DNA from: an uncultured Candidatus Rokubacteria bacterium
GTDB lineage: Bacteria > Methylomirabilota > Methylomirabilia > Rokubacteriales > CSP1-6
DNA length: 64,000 nt
Direction: 5' to 3'
Assembly: GCA_963754315.1 (NCBI GenBank)
Contig: CAVWFS010000014.1
Location: 96,001-160,000, forward strand
Positions 51,532 to 60,756 of the stretch are shown piece by piece. A program made the position numbers and the translations under genes. The first letter of the stretch is position 1, and the number at the start of each line of letters is the position of its first letter. Below the pieces are notes generated by a model, which was not told where the DNA came from, did not search any database, and worked only from the letters and a program-made list of their open reading frames with translations.

Positions 51532-52158
51532 ATGAAAGCGGCACAGCTCCCCAACGTCGTGTACAAGCCCCGCCAGTTCGATCTCAGCGGGCTCAAGGGC
51601 ATCTCCGACAAGACGCTCGAGATGCATTTCAAGCTCTACGAGGGGTACGTGAAGGAGACCAACCGCCTCTCCGAGCATATCGGCACGTTTCTCCAGGACG
51701 GCAAGGTTGACCAGGAGGAGATGCCGGCATACTCCGAGCTAAGTCGGCGCCGCGGCTTCGAGTACAACGGCATGGTGCTGCACGAGCTCTATTTCGAGAA
51801 CATGAAGCGTGGCGGGGCCGGCGAGCCGTCGGCGCGCTCTGCCTTTCGAAAGGCGGCCGAGGCAAGCTTCGGGTCCTGGGAGGTGTGGAAGACCGATTTC
51901 GTCAGCATCGGCAAGATGCGCGGGGTGGGCTGGGCAATCTGCTATCAGGACCCCCACCAGGGGCGGCTCTCCAACCACTGGATCACTTTGCACGAGGTCG
52001 GCAACATCGCTGGCTACCAGCCCGTGCTGGTGATGGACGTCTGGGAACACGCCTTCTTGCTGGACTATGCGCCGTCCGAGCGCGCCAAGTATATCGAGTC
52101 CTTCTTCGCCAACATCGCCTGGGAGGCCGTTGAGGACCGGCTTCACCCAGCTCCATAG
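51532..52158 (+). CDS. Fe/Mn superoxide dismutase family protein (atypical, ChrC-like)
   Basis: HFKLYEGYV, LHELYF, DVWEHA; AGGAGG RBS. Confidence 0.88.
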   Translation: MKAAQLPNVVYKPRQFDLSGLKGISDKTLEMHFKLYEGYVKETNRLSEHIGTFLQDGKVDQEEMPAYSELSRRRGFEYNGMVLHELYFENMKRGGAGEPSARSAFRKAAEASFGSWEVWKTDFVSIGKMRGVGWAICYQDPHQGRLSNHWITLHEVGNIAGYQPVLVMDVWEHAFLLDYAPSERAKYIESFFANIAWEAVEDRLHPAP

Positions 52159-52218
52159 TGGGCCGGGGGACCCGCTCGCGGTAGTATCGAAGCTTCAAGT
52201 CCGACACCGGAGGAAACG

Positions 52219-52635
52219 ATGAGCGAGCGAGGTCCCGCCCCAAGAGTGGCACGCGCGAAGGGCCCTGTCGTCGCGCCCAAGCGCGCAGCAGGACAAGCGC
52301 ATAGCCCGTACGGATACGCCCACATGGAGTGGCTCTCACGGGAGGATCCGGAGTACGCGAAGGCGCGCGGACCGCTGAGCGCTCTGTCGATTGGCGAAGG
52401 CAAAGAGCTCTCCGTGAAGTATCGCGAGATGATCATCATCGGAATTCTGGCGTATCGTGGCCGCCAGGATGGCGTGGTTGCTCATATGCGCCGGGCGATC
52501 CAGCATGGCGCCACCAAGCGCGAGTTGCTGGAAGCGATCCAATCGGCGGCCGTACCGGGCGGCGGTCCCACCCTCAGCTCCGGACTGCAAGCGCTCATGG
52601 AGCTCGAGCGAACTCGCGCCTTTCGGAACGGCTAG
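52219..52635 (+). CDS. Carboxymuconolactone decarboxylase/AhpD-like protein
   Basis: LSVKYRE, HMRRAIQHGATKRELLE; no CxxC. Confidence 0.8.
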   Translation: MSERGPAPRVARAKGPVVAPKRAAGQAHSPYGYAHMEWLSREDPEYAKARGPLSALSIGEGKELSVKYREMIIIGILAYRGRQDGVVAHMRRAIQHGATKRELLEAIQSAAVPGGGPTLSSGLQALMELERTRAFRNG

Positions 52636-52655
52636 CGGCGCAACGTCACATCAAA

Positions 52656-53402
52656 TCACGACCACACCTCGCGCGGAAACGGCAGACCGTCCAGGTCGGC
52701 GTCGGTCAGCGGCGCGTCGGCACTCAGTCCCATCTGCTCCAAGAACCAGTAGATCTGGCGCAGATGCTGGGCGGCGTGCCAGGTCGTTCGTTCCATGAAC
52801 TGATGAGCCGTCTGCGGGCCGTAGTACGTACTGACGGAGCCGTCGCACCAGCCGGCTCGCGCGTAGTAGGCCGCCAGCCGGCCCCGTACCGTCTCGCCGT
52901 AGCGCGCCAACGTATCGCCATCCGCCATGTCAGCCGGAGGGCTCTCCTCGAACCATGCCGCGGATAGATGCCCCTGCTCGCGCGTGTCGATGAACGCCGC
53001 GCTGAGCCGGAACACGTGGAAGCCGAGCTGGCGGACCGTGCGATCGCGGCCAGGCGCCTTCATGCCGAGATGCTGATGCGGAATCTGGCGAAGCGCGCGC
53101 TGGGTCGCCGCCAGCACCGTGTCGAGCCGCTGCGCCAACTCCGGTGGCGTCAGCGGTTCGCGCTCGACATATGGGCGTTCAACCAGCTCGGCCAGCGCCC
53201 GGGGGTTCCAGCCGTGGACCACCCGGTCGCCCACGATGGTGGCCGGCACCCTGGCCACGCCGACGGCCTCGAGGTCACGCCGGCGCTCCGGCTCCGCTTC
53301 CACGTCGAACCCGACGAAGGTGACACCCCATGACGAAAGCAACTCTTTCGTCTTGGCACAAGAGCTTCAGCCCTGCCGGTAGTAGACGCGGGGGGTATCC
53401 AT
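52656..53402 (-). CDS. Selenoprotein: glutaredoxin-like (UxxC) domain fused to a DinB-like domain
   Basis: AGGAGG RBS, ATG at 53402, MDTPRVYYRQG-TGA-SSCAKTKELL; Grx cis-Pro motif VPAT..GDR; DinB His motifs. Confidence 0.88.
53328..53356 (-). promoter_or_regulatory. Putative bacterial SECIS element
   Basis: CCA-A-GACGAAAG-AGUUG-CUUUCGUC-A-UGG hairpin; loop begins 23 nt after the UGA. Confidence 0.75.
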
Positions 53403-53416
53403 GTCGTCTTCCTCCT

Positions 53417-54109
53417 TCAGAGTCCGAGATAGCGGGCCTTGACCTCGCGATCCTGCTCGAGGGCCGCCGGGGCTCCCGAGTAGACGATCTGCCCGCGCGA
53501 AAGCACGTGGACATGATCGGCGATGCGGAGCGCGAGCGGGAGGTTCTGTTCCACAAGGAGAATCGACAAGCCCTCCTTCTTGAGTCGTTCGATGACCCGC
53601 CCCACCTCGCGGACCAGAAGGGGGGCAAGACCCTCGGTCGGCTCGTCCATCAAGAGTAGCTCAGGATTGGTCACCAGGGCGCGGGCAATGGCCAACATCT
53701 GCTGTTCGCCACCGGAGAGCTTGCCCGCCCGGTTTTCCGCACGCTCACGGAGGCGGGGGAACAGCTCCATGACCCGATCCAAGGTCCAGGGCCCTTTGCC
53801 CTCCTTGAGGGCCACCGCCAGGTTCTCGCGCACGCTCAGGGTCGGGAACACCCGCCGGCCCTGGGGCACCAGTCCGAGCCCAAGCCCCACGACACGGTTG
53901 GACACCCATCCCGTGATGTCGTGGCTCTTGAACAGCACCCGACCTCGTCGAGGCGGCGTGAAGCCCACGATCGAGCGGATGAGCGTGGTCTTGCCCATCC
54001 CGTTCCGTCCGAGGAGTCCGACAACCTGGCCGGGTTCGATCCGAAGGGAGATCCCCTGCAGCACGTAGCTGTCGCCGTAGTAGGTGTGAATTTCCTGGAC
54101 GTCCAGCAT
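53417..54109 (-). CDS. Liv-type ABC ATP-binding protein (LivF family)
   Basis: GRNGMGKT, LSGGEQQM, DEPTEGLAP. Confidence 0.93.
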   Translation of the reverse strand: MLDVQEIHTYYGDSYVLQGISLRIEPGQVVGLLGRNGMGKTTLIRSIVGFTPPRRGRVLFKSHDITGWVSNRVVGLGLGLVPQGRRVFPTLSVRENLAVALKEGKGPWTLDRVMELFPRLRERAENRAGKLSGGEQQMLAIARALVTNPELLLMDEPTEGLAPLLVREVGRVIERLKKEGLSILLVEQNLPLALRIADHVHVLSRGQIVYSGAPAALEQDREVKARYLGL

Positions 54110-54855
54110 CAGGAAGACCCCAGGTAGATCTCCTGCACGAGCGGGTCAGCCGTCACCTCATCGCGCATTCCGTCCGCCACCACCTTGCCGTAGTGAAGGA
54201 CGGTAATCCGGTCGGTCAGCTCGAAGGCCACGTCCATGTCGTGCTCGATGATGAGCAAGGTGATCGATGGATCGAGCTTCTTCAGCAGAGCCGTCATCAT
54301 GAGCGATTCCGCCGGCGACAGCCCCGCCGTCGGCTCGTCGAGCAGCAGGATCTTGGGCGAGCCGGCGAGGGCAAGGGCGATCTCCAGCTGCCGCTGCTCG
54401 CCGTGGGAGAGGTCGCGCACCGTCGCGGTGGCCTTATCGGAGAGTCCTACGGCACCCAGTACGCTCCGGGCCCGTTCGAGCACGGCTGGGTAGCGGCGCA
54501 GATCACGGTGGAGATGGAGCTTGAGCGGGAGAAGCGCCTGGACGGCAAGCACGCAGTTCTCCAGCACGGACAGGCGCGGAAAGAGATTGGTGATCTGATA
54601 GGTGCGCGTGAGACCGAGAGCGGCCCGCCGGTGCGGAGCCAGCCGGGTGATGTCGTGCCCGAACAGATAGATTCGCCCGCTGGTGGTCAACTGCTCACCG
54701 CTGATGAGACTGAAGAGCGTCGTCTTGCCCGCCCCGTTGGGGCCGATGATGGCCCGGCGCTCGCCTTTCTCGACGGAGAGGCTCACATCGTTGACGGCAT
54801 TCAGCCCTCCGAATGACTTGTGGACACTTTGAAGACGCAGAACGGGGGTCACCAC
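54109..54855 (-). CDS. Liv-type ABC ATP-binding protein (LivG family)
   Basis: GPNGAGKT, LSHGEQR, IEHDM, YLG. Confidence 0.93.
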   Translation of the reverse strand: MVTPVLRLQSVHKSFGGLNAVNDVSLSVEKGERRAIIGPNGAGKTTLFSLISGEQLTTSGRIYLFGHDITRLAPHRRAALGLTRTYQITNLFPRLSVLENCVLAVQALLPLKLHLHRDLRRYPAVLERARSVLGAVGLSDKATATVRDLSHGEQRQLEIALALAGSPKILLLDEPTAGLSPAESLMMTALLKKLDPSITLLIIEHDMDVAFELTDRITVLHYGKVVADGMRDEVTADPLVQEIYLGSS

Positions 54856-54880
54856 GTGATGGGGTGGGCCCTCGGCCCCC

Positions 54881-55855
54881 TCAGGCCGCCGACCGCGAGA
54901 GTCGAACACGGGACCATTGTCCCCACTGCCTGAGCGCGCCTACGAGACCGTCCGGGGCGTATCGGATGGTCCCGATGTAGACGATGCCGAGGATCAAGAG
55001 CCAGCGCTGCGTGTAGGTGGACACCAGGTTCTTGAGGAGGACGATCACGGCGGCGCCGATCGACGCGCCCAGCAGCGTCCCTCGACCGCCCAGGGCCACC
55101 ATGAGCAGGGTCTCGATGGACACCGCCAGGTCGAGATCGGACGGCGACACGAAGCCGTTGTAGTACGCCCACAGCACGCCGGCGAATCCGGCCACCGCCC
55201 CCGAGATGACGAAGGCGATGTACTTGTGCAGCCACACGTTGTAGCCGAGCGTCCGCATGCGCGACTCGCTTTCGCGAATCCCCACCAGGGTGTGCCCGAA
55301 TGGCGACCGTACGACGACGCGCAGCACAAGGAAGGCGAGCACGAACGCGGCCAGGACCAGGTAGTAGAAAGGAATGGCTTTGCTGAAGGACCACGGCACG
55401 CCAAGCATGGGGCGCGGCACGTTGGAAATGCCGTTGTCGCCCTGGGTCAGCGACACCCATCGGTTGGCCAGCCCCCACACCACCATGCCGAGCGCCAAGG
55501 TAATCATCAGGAAGTAGACGCCGGTGGCGCGCAGAGCCACCAGGCCGAAGATGGCGGCCACCGCCGCAGCCAGGACGATGCCCACCACGAGGGTCGTCCC
55601 GAAACCCGCACCGTGCCGGGTGGCCAGAATTCCCACGCTGTAAGCCCCGAGCCCGAGATAGGCCGCGTGACCGAGCGACGACAGACCCGTATAGCCCAGG
55701 ATGAGGTCGAGGCTCATGGCGAGGATCGAGTAGATCAAGGTCTGCGTGAGCAACGTGAGTAAGAAGGGAGGCAGGAAGGGTGGTCCGGCCGCCAGCAGCA
55801 CGAAAAGCACGGCGAAGCCGAGCCGCCGCCCCCACACTCCGCCCGATGTATCCAT
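54881..55855 (-). CDS. Liv-type ABC permease (LivM family)
   Basis: GYTGLSSLGHAA, SPFG..L.GIRESE. Confidence 0.92.
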   Translation of the reverse strand: MDTSGGVWGRRLGFAVLFVLLAAGPPFLPPFLLTLLTQTLIYSILAMSLDLILGYTGLSSLGHAAYLGLGAYSVGILATRHGAGFGTTLVVGIVLAAAVAAIFGLVALRATGVYFLMITLALGMVVWGLANRWVSLTQGDNGISNVPRPMLGVPWSFSKAIPFYYLVLAAFVLAFLVLRVVVRSPFGHTLVGIRESESRMRTLGYNVWLHKYIAFVISGAVAGFAGVLWAYYNGFVSPSDLDLAVSIETLLMVALGGRGTLLGASIGAAVIVLLKNLVSTYTQRWLLILGIVYIGTIRYAPDGLVGALRQWGQWSRVRLSRSAA

Positions 55856-55858
55856 GGC

Positions 55859-56713
55859 CTAGGCTCGGCCGAAGAGCCCAGTGGGCCGGACGGCGAGGAT
55901 GGCGGCCATGGGAGCGAACAGCGTGAAGTACGATAGCTCCGGAAAGAGCGCCTTACCGAAATTGTCGAGTAGTCCGACCATGAGACTGCCCACGAGCGCG
56001 CCCTTCAGGCTGCCCAGACCTCCAACGATCACGACCACGAAGGCATAGGACAGGATCTCGAAGTCGGCTCCGGGGTAGACGCCCAGGAATCCGCCGGCCA
56101 CCACTCCGGATACGGCAGCGAGCGCCGCCCCCAGCGCGAAGACGCCGAGCGAGATAACCGAGACATTGATGCCGACCCCGCGCGCCATCTCTGAATCGTC
56201 GACGGCCGCCCGCATCATCGCCCCGATCCGTGTTCGCTCGACCACCAACCACAGGACCAGCGCTACCGCGCCGGCCACCGCGATCATGAAGACCCGATAG
56301 ACAGGGAAGAAGAACATTCCGAGCTGGTATCTCCCGGAAAGCATCGCCGGTACCCGCACGTTGTAGGGATCGCCGCCCCAGATCACTAGAGCGAGGTCCT
56401 GGAAGATGAGGGCAAGCCCCATGGTGGTGAGCACCTGAGCCAGCTCTTGCCCGCTCAGGCCCTTCAGAAAACAATCCCACTCGATGATGCCAAGGACAGC
56501 AATGCTGACGGCAGCCCCCAGCAGGCTGATCACGTAGCTCCCGGTTCGGGCCAGCAACAGAACCGCCACGTAGCAGCCGAGCAAGTAGTGCGAACCGTGG
56601 GTCATGTTGACGATCCGCATCATTCCGAAGATCAGCGAGAGGCCGGCCGCAAGCAGGAACAGAAGGGCGCCGTACGACACGCCATTGAACAGCTGCGTAA
56701 TCCAAAATTCCAT
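55859..56713 (-). CDS. Liv-type ABC permease (LivH family)
   Basis: GLSLIFG..IVNMTHG, GGLGS, RPTGLFG. Confidence 0.92.
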   Translation of the reverse strand: MEFWITQLFNGVSYGALLFLLAAGLSLIFGMMRIVNMTHGSHYLLGCYVAVLLLARTGSYVISLLGAAVSIAVLGIIEWDCFLKGLSGQELAQVLTTMGLALIFQDLALVIWGGDPYNVRVPAMLSGRYQLGMFFFPVYRVFMIAVAGAVALVLWLVVERTRIGAMMRAAVDDSEMARGVGINVSVISLGVFALGAALAAVSGVVAGGFLGVYPGADFEILSYAFVVVIVGGLGSLKGALVGSLMVGLLDNFGKALFPELSYFTLFAPMAAILAVRPTGLFGRA

Positions 56714-56719
56714 TTAGAT

Positions 56720-56850
56720 GGGGGGCCTCGACGGCCCCCCAAACCCCCCACCGCTCGGCCCGCCCCGGGGCGACCCGGGGCGCGCCTCGGGATTGCGCTC
56801 GTTCCTTGGGGCCTCGACGGCCCCCCAAACCCCCCACCGCTCGGCCCGCG
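56720..56850. repeat. REP-like element copy 2, with a direct-repeat partial copy (~43 bp)
   Basis: GGGGGCCTCGACGGCCCCCCAAACCCCCCACCGCTCGGCCCGC at ~56721 and ~56807. Confidence 0.88.
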
Positions 56851-56942
56851 TCGACCTTCCACGGCTTCCGGTCACACGGCGGCGCGATTCTACTACGAAG
56901 CGATGCAGGCACGTCCCCAGTGGCCCAGCGGCTGAAGGTCGC

Positions 56943-58505
56943 TCAGGGGTTCACCGTCACCGCCTCCACGGCGAGGGCGAGGAGATCCCCAGGTTCTCGG
57001 CGGCCGTCGTCGAGGGCTCCGGGGCGGACGAGGGCCGCGAAGATGACGTAGGTCCCGGGCTGCTCGGCCCCCGTAAGAGTGAGCACGAGGAAGTCATCCA
57101 GCGACACGTTCGCGCCGGGGGCGATCAGCAAGCCTGGCCGCAAAGGGGGAAAGGCCCGAGCATCGCCCGCCAGGCTGGCCACCAAGGCTGCCGGCGGCGC
57201 CACGCTCGAGAAAAAGACGGTCGTCTGCCCGTCGGGGAAAACGATCCCGAAATAGGTGTCAGCAGGCACCTCCAACTGACCGGTCTGCACGTCGAGACCG
57301 ATCCGAATGGTATCGCCCGTATGCAGATCCCTCTGGCTTAGTCGGAGCGCGAGCCGTGGCGCATCGAGATTGACGAGCCGATACACGGCCCCCTGCAGAT
57401 CCACCACATAGAGCTCGCCATTCTCGTCTTCGCCGAACGACGCGATCGAGAAAGCCGTAGTCAGGAGCACCCGCACCAGGTCGCCCTCTCGCAGGAAGAT
57501 CTCTCCGCTGCAGAGATCAGCGAAGACGTAGGCGCCCGCCGGGAGTGTGCCCGCGTTGCCACGATATGCGTAGCCGCCGGTGACGGAGCAGCGGCCGCCG
57601 GTATGGGCGTATTCCGCAATGGGAGGGATAAAACGCGAATCGGCACAGCCCAGGTCGAGGCCCGTGCACTGGGTACCCTCCAGCACGCGCCACCCATAGT
57701 TGCCGCCGATCGTCACCAGATCGATCTCCTCGCGCTCGCCCTGCCCCACGTCACCCACGTAGAGCGCGCCAGTGGCGCGGTCGAAGGAAAAGCGCCATGG
57801 ATTCCGCAAGCCGACGGCGAAGATCTCGTCACGGCCGGGACTCGGGCCGGCGAAGGGGTTGCTGACGGGGGAAGCATAGAAAGGGGGCACGCCGACGGAG
57901 GCATCAACGTCGATGCGGAGCATCTTGCCGAGGAGGGTCAGCGGATTCTGGGCGTGATTGTCGGGATCGAAGCCGCTCCCACCATCGCCCATTCCTATGT
58001 ACAGCAGACCGTCTGGCCCGAACTCGATCATCCCGCCATTGTGATTGGGAAATGGCTGGGCAACGACGAGCAACGGCAGCTCGTCCACGGCGGCAACGTG
58101 GGGTTCGGCCGACGACACGCGGTATTCGGCGATGACGGTGGCCCCGTCGGGTTGGCGCGTGTAGTTCACGAAGAACCGGCCGTTCTCGGCGTAGCGAGGA
58201 TGAAAGGCCAGGCCCAGCAGGCCACGCTCGCCGCCGGCCTGTACGCGGGAACGGATATCGAGGAAGACCGACGTGGTCGGCGCCCCGGGCTGCCGCACCT
58301 TGATGATACCGTCCTGCTCGACGACGAACAGACGGTCCGTGCCGTCGCGGGCGTGGGTGATATAGAGGGGATCGGCCAGATCCGTGAGCACGGGCTGGAC
58401 AACGACCCGCGATGAGGCCGCCACCGTCTGCGGTAGGACCGCCGTCAGACAGGCGAGGAACTGAAGAAAGACCCTGCCCGGCGTGAATCGGCGGGACTGC
58501 GTCAC
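56943..58505 (-). CDS. PQQ-dependent sugar (glucose/sorbosone) dehydrogenase family protein with an extra C-terminal domain
   Basis: ERGLLGLAFHP, NHNGG, GMGDGG, GLRNPWRFSFD, SFGED; GTGA overlap with the upstream gene. Confidence 0.88.
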   Translation of the reverse strand: MTQSRRFTPGRVFLQFLACLTAVLPQTVAASSRVVVQPVLTDLADPLYITHARDGTDRLFVVEQDGIIKVRQPGAPTTSVFLDIRSRVQAGGERGLLGLAFHPRYAENGRFFVNYTRQPDGATVIAEYRVSSAEPHVAAVDELPLLVVAQPFPNHNGGMIEFGPDGLLYIGMGDGGSGFDPDNHAQNPLTLLGKMLRIDVDASVGVPPFYASPVSNPFAGPSPGRDEIFAVGLRNPWRFSFDRATGALYVGDVGQGEREEIDLVTIGGNYGWRVLEGTQCTGLDLGCADSRFIPPIAEYAHTGGRCSVTGGYAYRGNAGTLPAGAYVFADLCSGEIFLREGDLVRVLLTTAFSIASFGEDENGELYVVDLQGAVYRLVNLDAPRLALRLSQRDLHTGDTIRIGLDVQTGQLEVPADTYFGIVFPDGQTTVFFSSVAPPAALVASLAGDARAFPPLRPGLLIAPGANVSLDDFLVLTLTGAEQPGTYVIFAALVRPGALDDGRREPGDLLALAVEAVTVNP

Positions 58506-59413
58506 GTGAGCCGGCAGTAGCTCGGTATCCAGGTACGCTCGAGAAGGCTCCGGGGATACCCGCTGTAGTCGAAGGTCATACCGTCCCGTATCATTTGGTC
58601 GACGTCGAGCAGCCGCCGACTCTCCGGAATATCCCACAGGAAGGCCCGAAAGAACGGGCCCACCAGCCGCCGGGCGATCCGAATGCCAACGCCGTTGAGA
58701 AAGTTGCGCCGCTGCCCGACGTGGGCCAGCTCATCGACGGTGATCTCGTACAGCAAGGCGCGCACCCTCTCGCGCGCCTCCGGCTCGTTGCCGAGCAGCT
58801 CATCCAGCAGGACATCCATGCGGCGGTAAAAGAGCACACCGAGAAGTTCGGTCACGAAGGACAGCGAATTCATCAGCAGCGGACCCGGGATGTACGGGAA
58901 AAGCCGGTACAGGCGCTGCTGCAGAGGGCTCACGGGCACCCAGGCCACCCGATCGAGGGCGACCGTCAGGAACATTTCCTCGAAGTAGCGGATGTGACAG
59001 AACTCCTCGGCCAGATGATGTCGGCTGATGCGATCCACGGTATTCTTGGCCGCTGCGAGCGACAGGCACGCGTCCCAGGCCGCGGAAATGCCCACCCATT
59101 CGTGCCGGGCGAACTTGTACACACAGGTCCACAGCAAGGTCTGAGCGCCGATGGTCGTCGGGTCGTCTCGGAAGACAACGTGGTTGCGATAGAAGGCCGT
59201 TGCATCGACGAGCGGGCCATGCGATCGGACACGCGACTGGCGAAACTCGCGGAGTTGGTCCCGTTTCGCCGTCAGGTCGCGATCGGCTTCGATCAGCTCG
59301 CCACCGTGAGCACGGGTGAACGCAAAGTAGTCTTCGAAATTCTGTCGTCGCTCAGCACGAGTACTGTCGGTGAAGATCGAACGAAAACGCAACGGGACGG
59401 ATGTTTCCCTCAC
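58502..59413 (-). CDS. Ferritin-like di-iron carboxylate protein (start uncertain)
   Basis: E..EEFCH..E..DELAH pattern. Confidence 0.7.
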   Translation of the reverse strand: MRETSVPLRFRSIFTDSTRAERRQNFEDYFAFTRAHGGELIEADRDLTAKRDQLREFRQSRVRSHGPLVDATAFYRNHVVFRDDPTTIGAQTLLWTCVYKFARHEWVGISAAWDACLSLAAAKNTVDRISRHHLAEEFCHIRYFEEMFLTVALDRVAWVPVSPLQQRLYRLFPYIPGPLLMNSLSFVTELLGVLFYRRMDVLLDELLGNEPEARERVRALLYEITVDELAHVGQRRNFLNGVGIRIARRLVGPFFRAFLWDIPESRRLLDVDQMIRDGMTFDYSGYPRSLLERTWIPSYCRLT

Positions 59414-59541
59414 GCTCGGGGTCAGGCCATCCTCCTGTGAGGCGCGCCCCCCATCGGCGAGGACGCTGCCACGTGTTGGTCGCATCCTCTGGACTGTAGT
59501 GGGTGGCCTCAGCGGCTGTCAAACGGGGATAGACTGAAACT

Positions 59542-59991
59542 GTGCTGTCCGCTGTCGTGTCTGCACTACACGTGCTGGCCCTGGCCGTGGGCCTGCCCAG
59601 CGTGTTCTTTCGGGGCCGGGCTCTCGCCGCGCCTCTCGACGAGGCGGGACGGCGCCGGCTCTTCGCGGCCGACACCGCCTGGGGGATCGCCGCCGTGCTG
59701 TGGATCGGCACCGGCGTGGCGCGTGCCTTCGGAGGGTTGGAGAAGGGGGCGCAGTTCTACCTGACCTCGCCGCTCTTCTGGGTGAAGATGGCCCTCCTCG
59801 CCGTGATTCTGATCCTTGAGATCTGGCCGATGACCACGATCATGCGGTGGCGTCGGGCTTGCCAGCGCGGCCAGACCCCAGACACGGCGTGTGCTCGTCG
59901 CCTCTACGTCATTAACCATGTCCAAATGGGTCTCGTCGTGCTGATGGTCTTCGTGGCCAGCTTGATGGCGCGCGGCGTCGGCCTCCGATAA
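59542..59991 (+). CDS. DUF2214 family membrane protein
   Basis: EKGAQFY..PLFWVKM, EIWP, LMARGVG. Confidence 0.85.
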   Translation: MLSAVVSALHVLALAVGLPSVFFRGRALAAPLDEAGRRRLFAADTAWGIAAVLWIGTGVARAFGGLEKGAQFYLTSPLFWVKMALLAVILILEIWPMTTIMRWRRACQRGQTPDTACARRLYVINHVQMGLVVLMVFVASLMARGVGLR

Positions 59992-60227
59992 GCGCCTGGG
60001 CCGACGATCTGTCGACCTCTGTCGCGTCTTCACGTCCGGGAAAGATGTGTCTGACGCCCGTCGACATTGAGAATGCGTGGGGGCCAGCCAATGGCCAATG
60101 CCAGAACTTCAAGTGACTGCAAAGTCCCTGCCCACCAGGGAATGCCATTCGGGAAGTCCTTGCTCTCGTAGGCTACTCCCGGTACCCTGACCGGAGTCAG
60201 TCACTCTCCGCCTCGAAGGAGTCTGCT

Positions 60228-60692
60228 GTGGCCATTACTCTCGCAAAGACACTGAGACTTCTCGCTGCCGAGAAAAGGGCGGTTCTCCAGCGTCAGACGG
60301 CGCTGGTGGCGAACCTGAACAAGCTTCTCCCCAGTATCGGCTACCGTGTGGTGCCGCTCGAGGGGGAGGGAAGGGCGGACGCTCGCTCGAACCTCCGGGG
60401 ACGGCGATCGACCGCGCTTTCGCTCCTGAACAAGTCCCTCGTGTGCCGCTATTGTCAGCGGACCTTCGCATTGCCCCTGCACCTCGGACGCCATATGAGC
60501 GTCATGCACAAGGTCAAGAGCGCATCGACCCCGCCCCCGCATTCTCCAGCGGGAGGAGAGCACCCCGCGGCAAAACCGACACGCAAGTCGCGACGCCGGG
60601 CGGCCGGACGCCGGGCACGTGGTCGGTCCACCAGCACGACCGTGAAGAAGACGGCGCGAAAGGCGCTCAGCGTCAAGCAGGGCAAGGGGTAA
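60228..60692 (+). CDS. Small basic protein with a C2H2 zinc finger and a Lys/Arg-rich tail
   Basis: AAGGAG RBS; CRYCQRTFALPLHLGRHMSVMH. Confidence 0.7.
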   Translation: MAITLAKTLRLLAAEKRAVLQRQTALVANLNKLLPSIGYRVVPLEGEGRADARSNLRGRRSTALSLLNKSLVCRYCQRTFALPLHLGRHMSVMHKVKSASTPPPHSPAGGEHPAAKPTRKSRRRAAGRRARGRSTSTTVKKTARKALSVKQGKG

Positions 60693-60756
60693 TACACCAG
60701 CCGCACTGCCCGTCGGGGCTGAAGCCTCATTCACAGCAGACGTTCGAGAGCAACCG

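Noticed and set aside
53367..53369. TGA as a simple nonsense mutation (pseudogene)
   Set aside because: It falls exactly at the redox-active Cys position and is followed by a SECIS-like hairpin, so Sec is more parsimonious; not provable without sel genes
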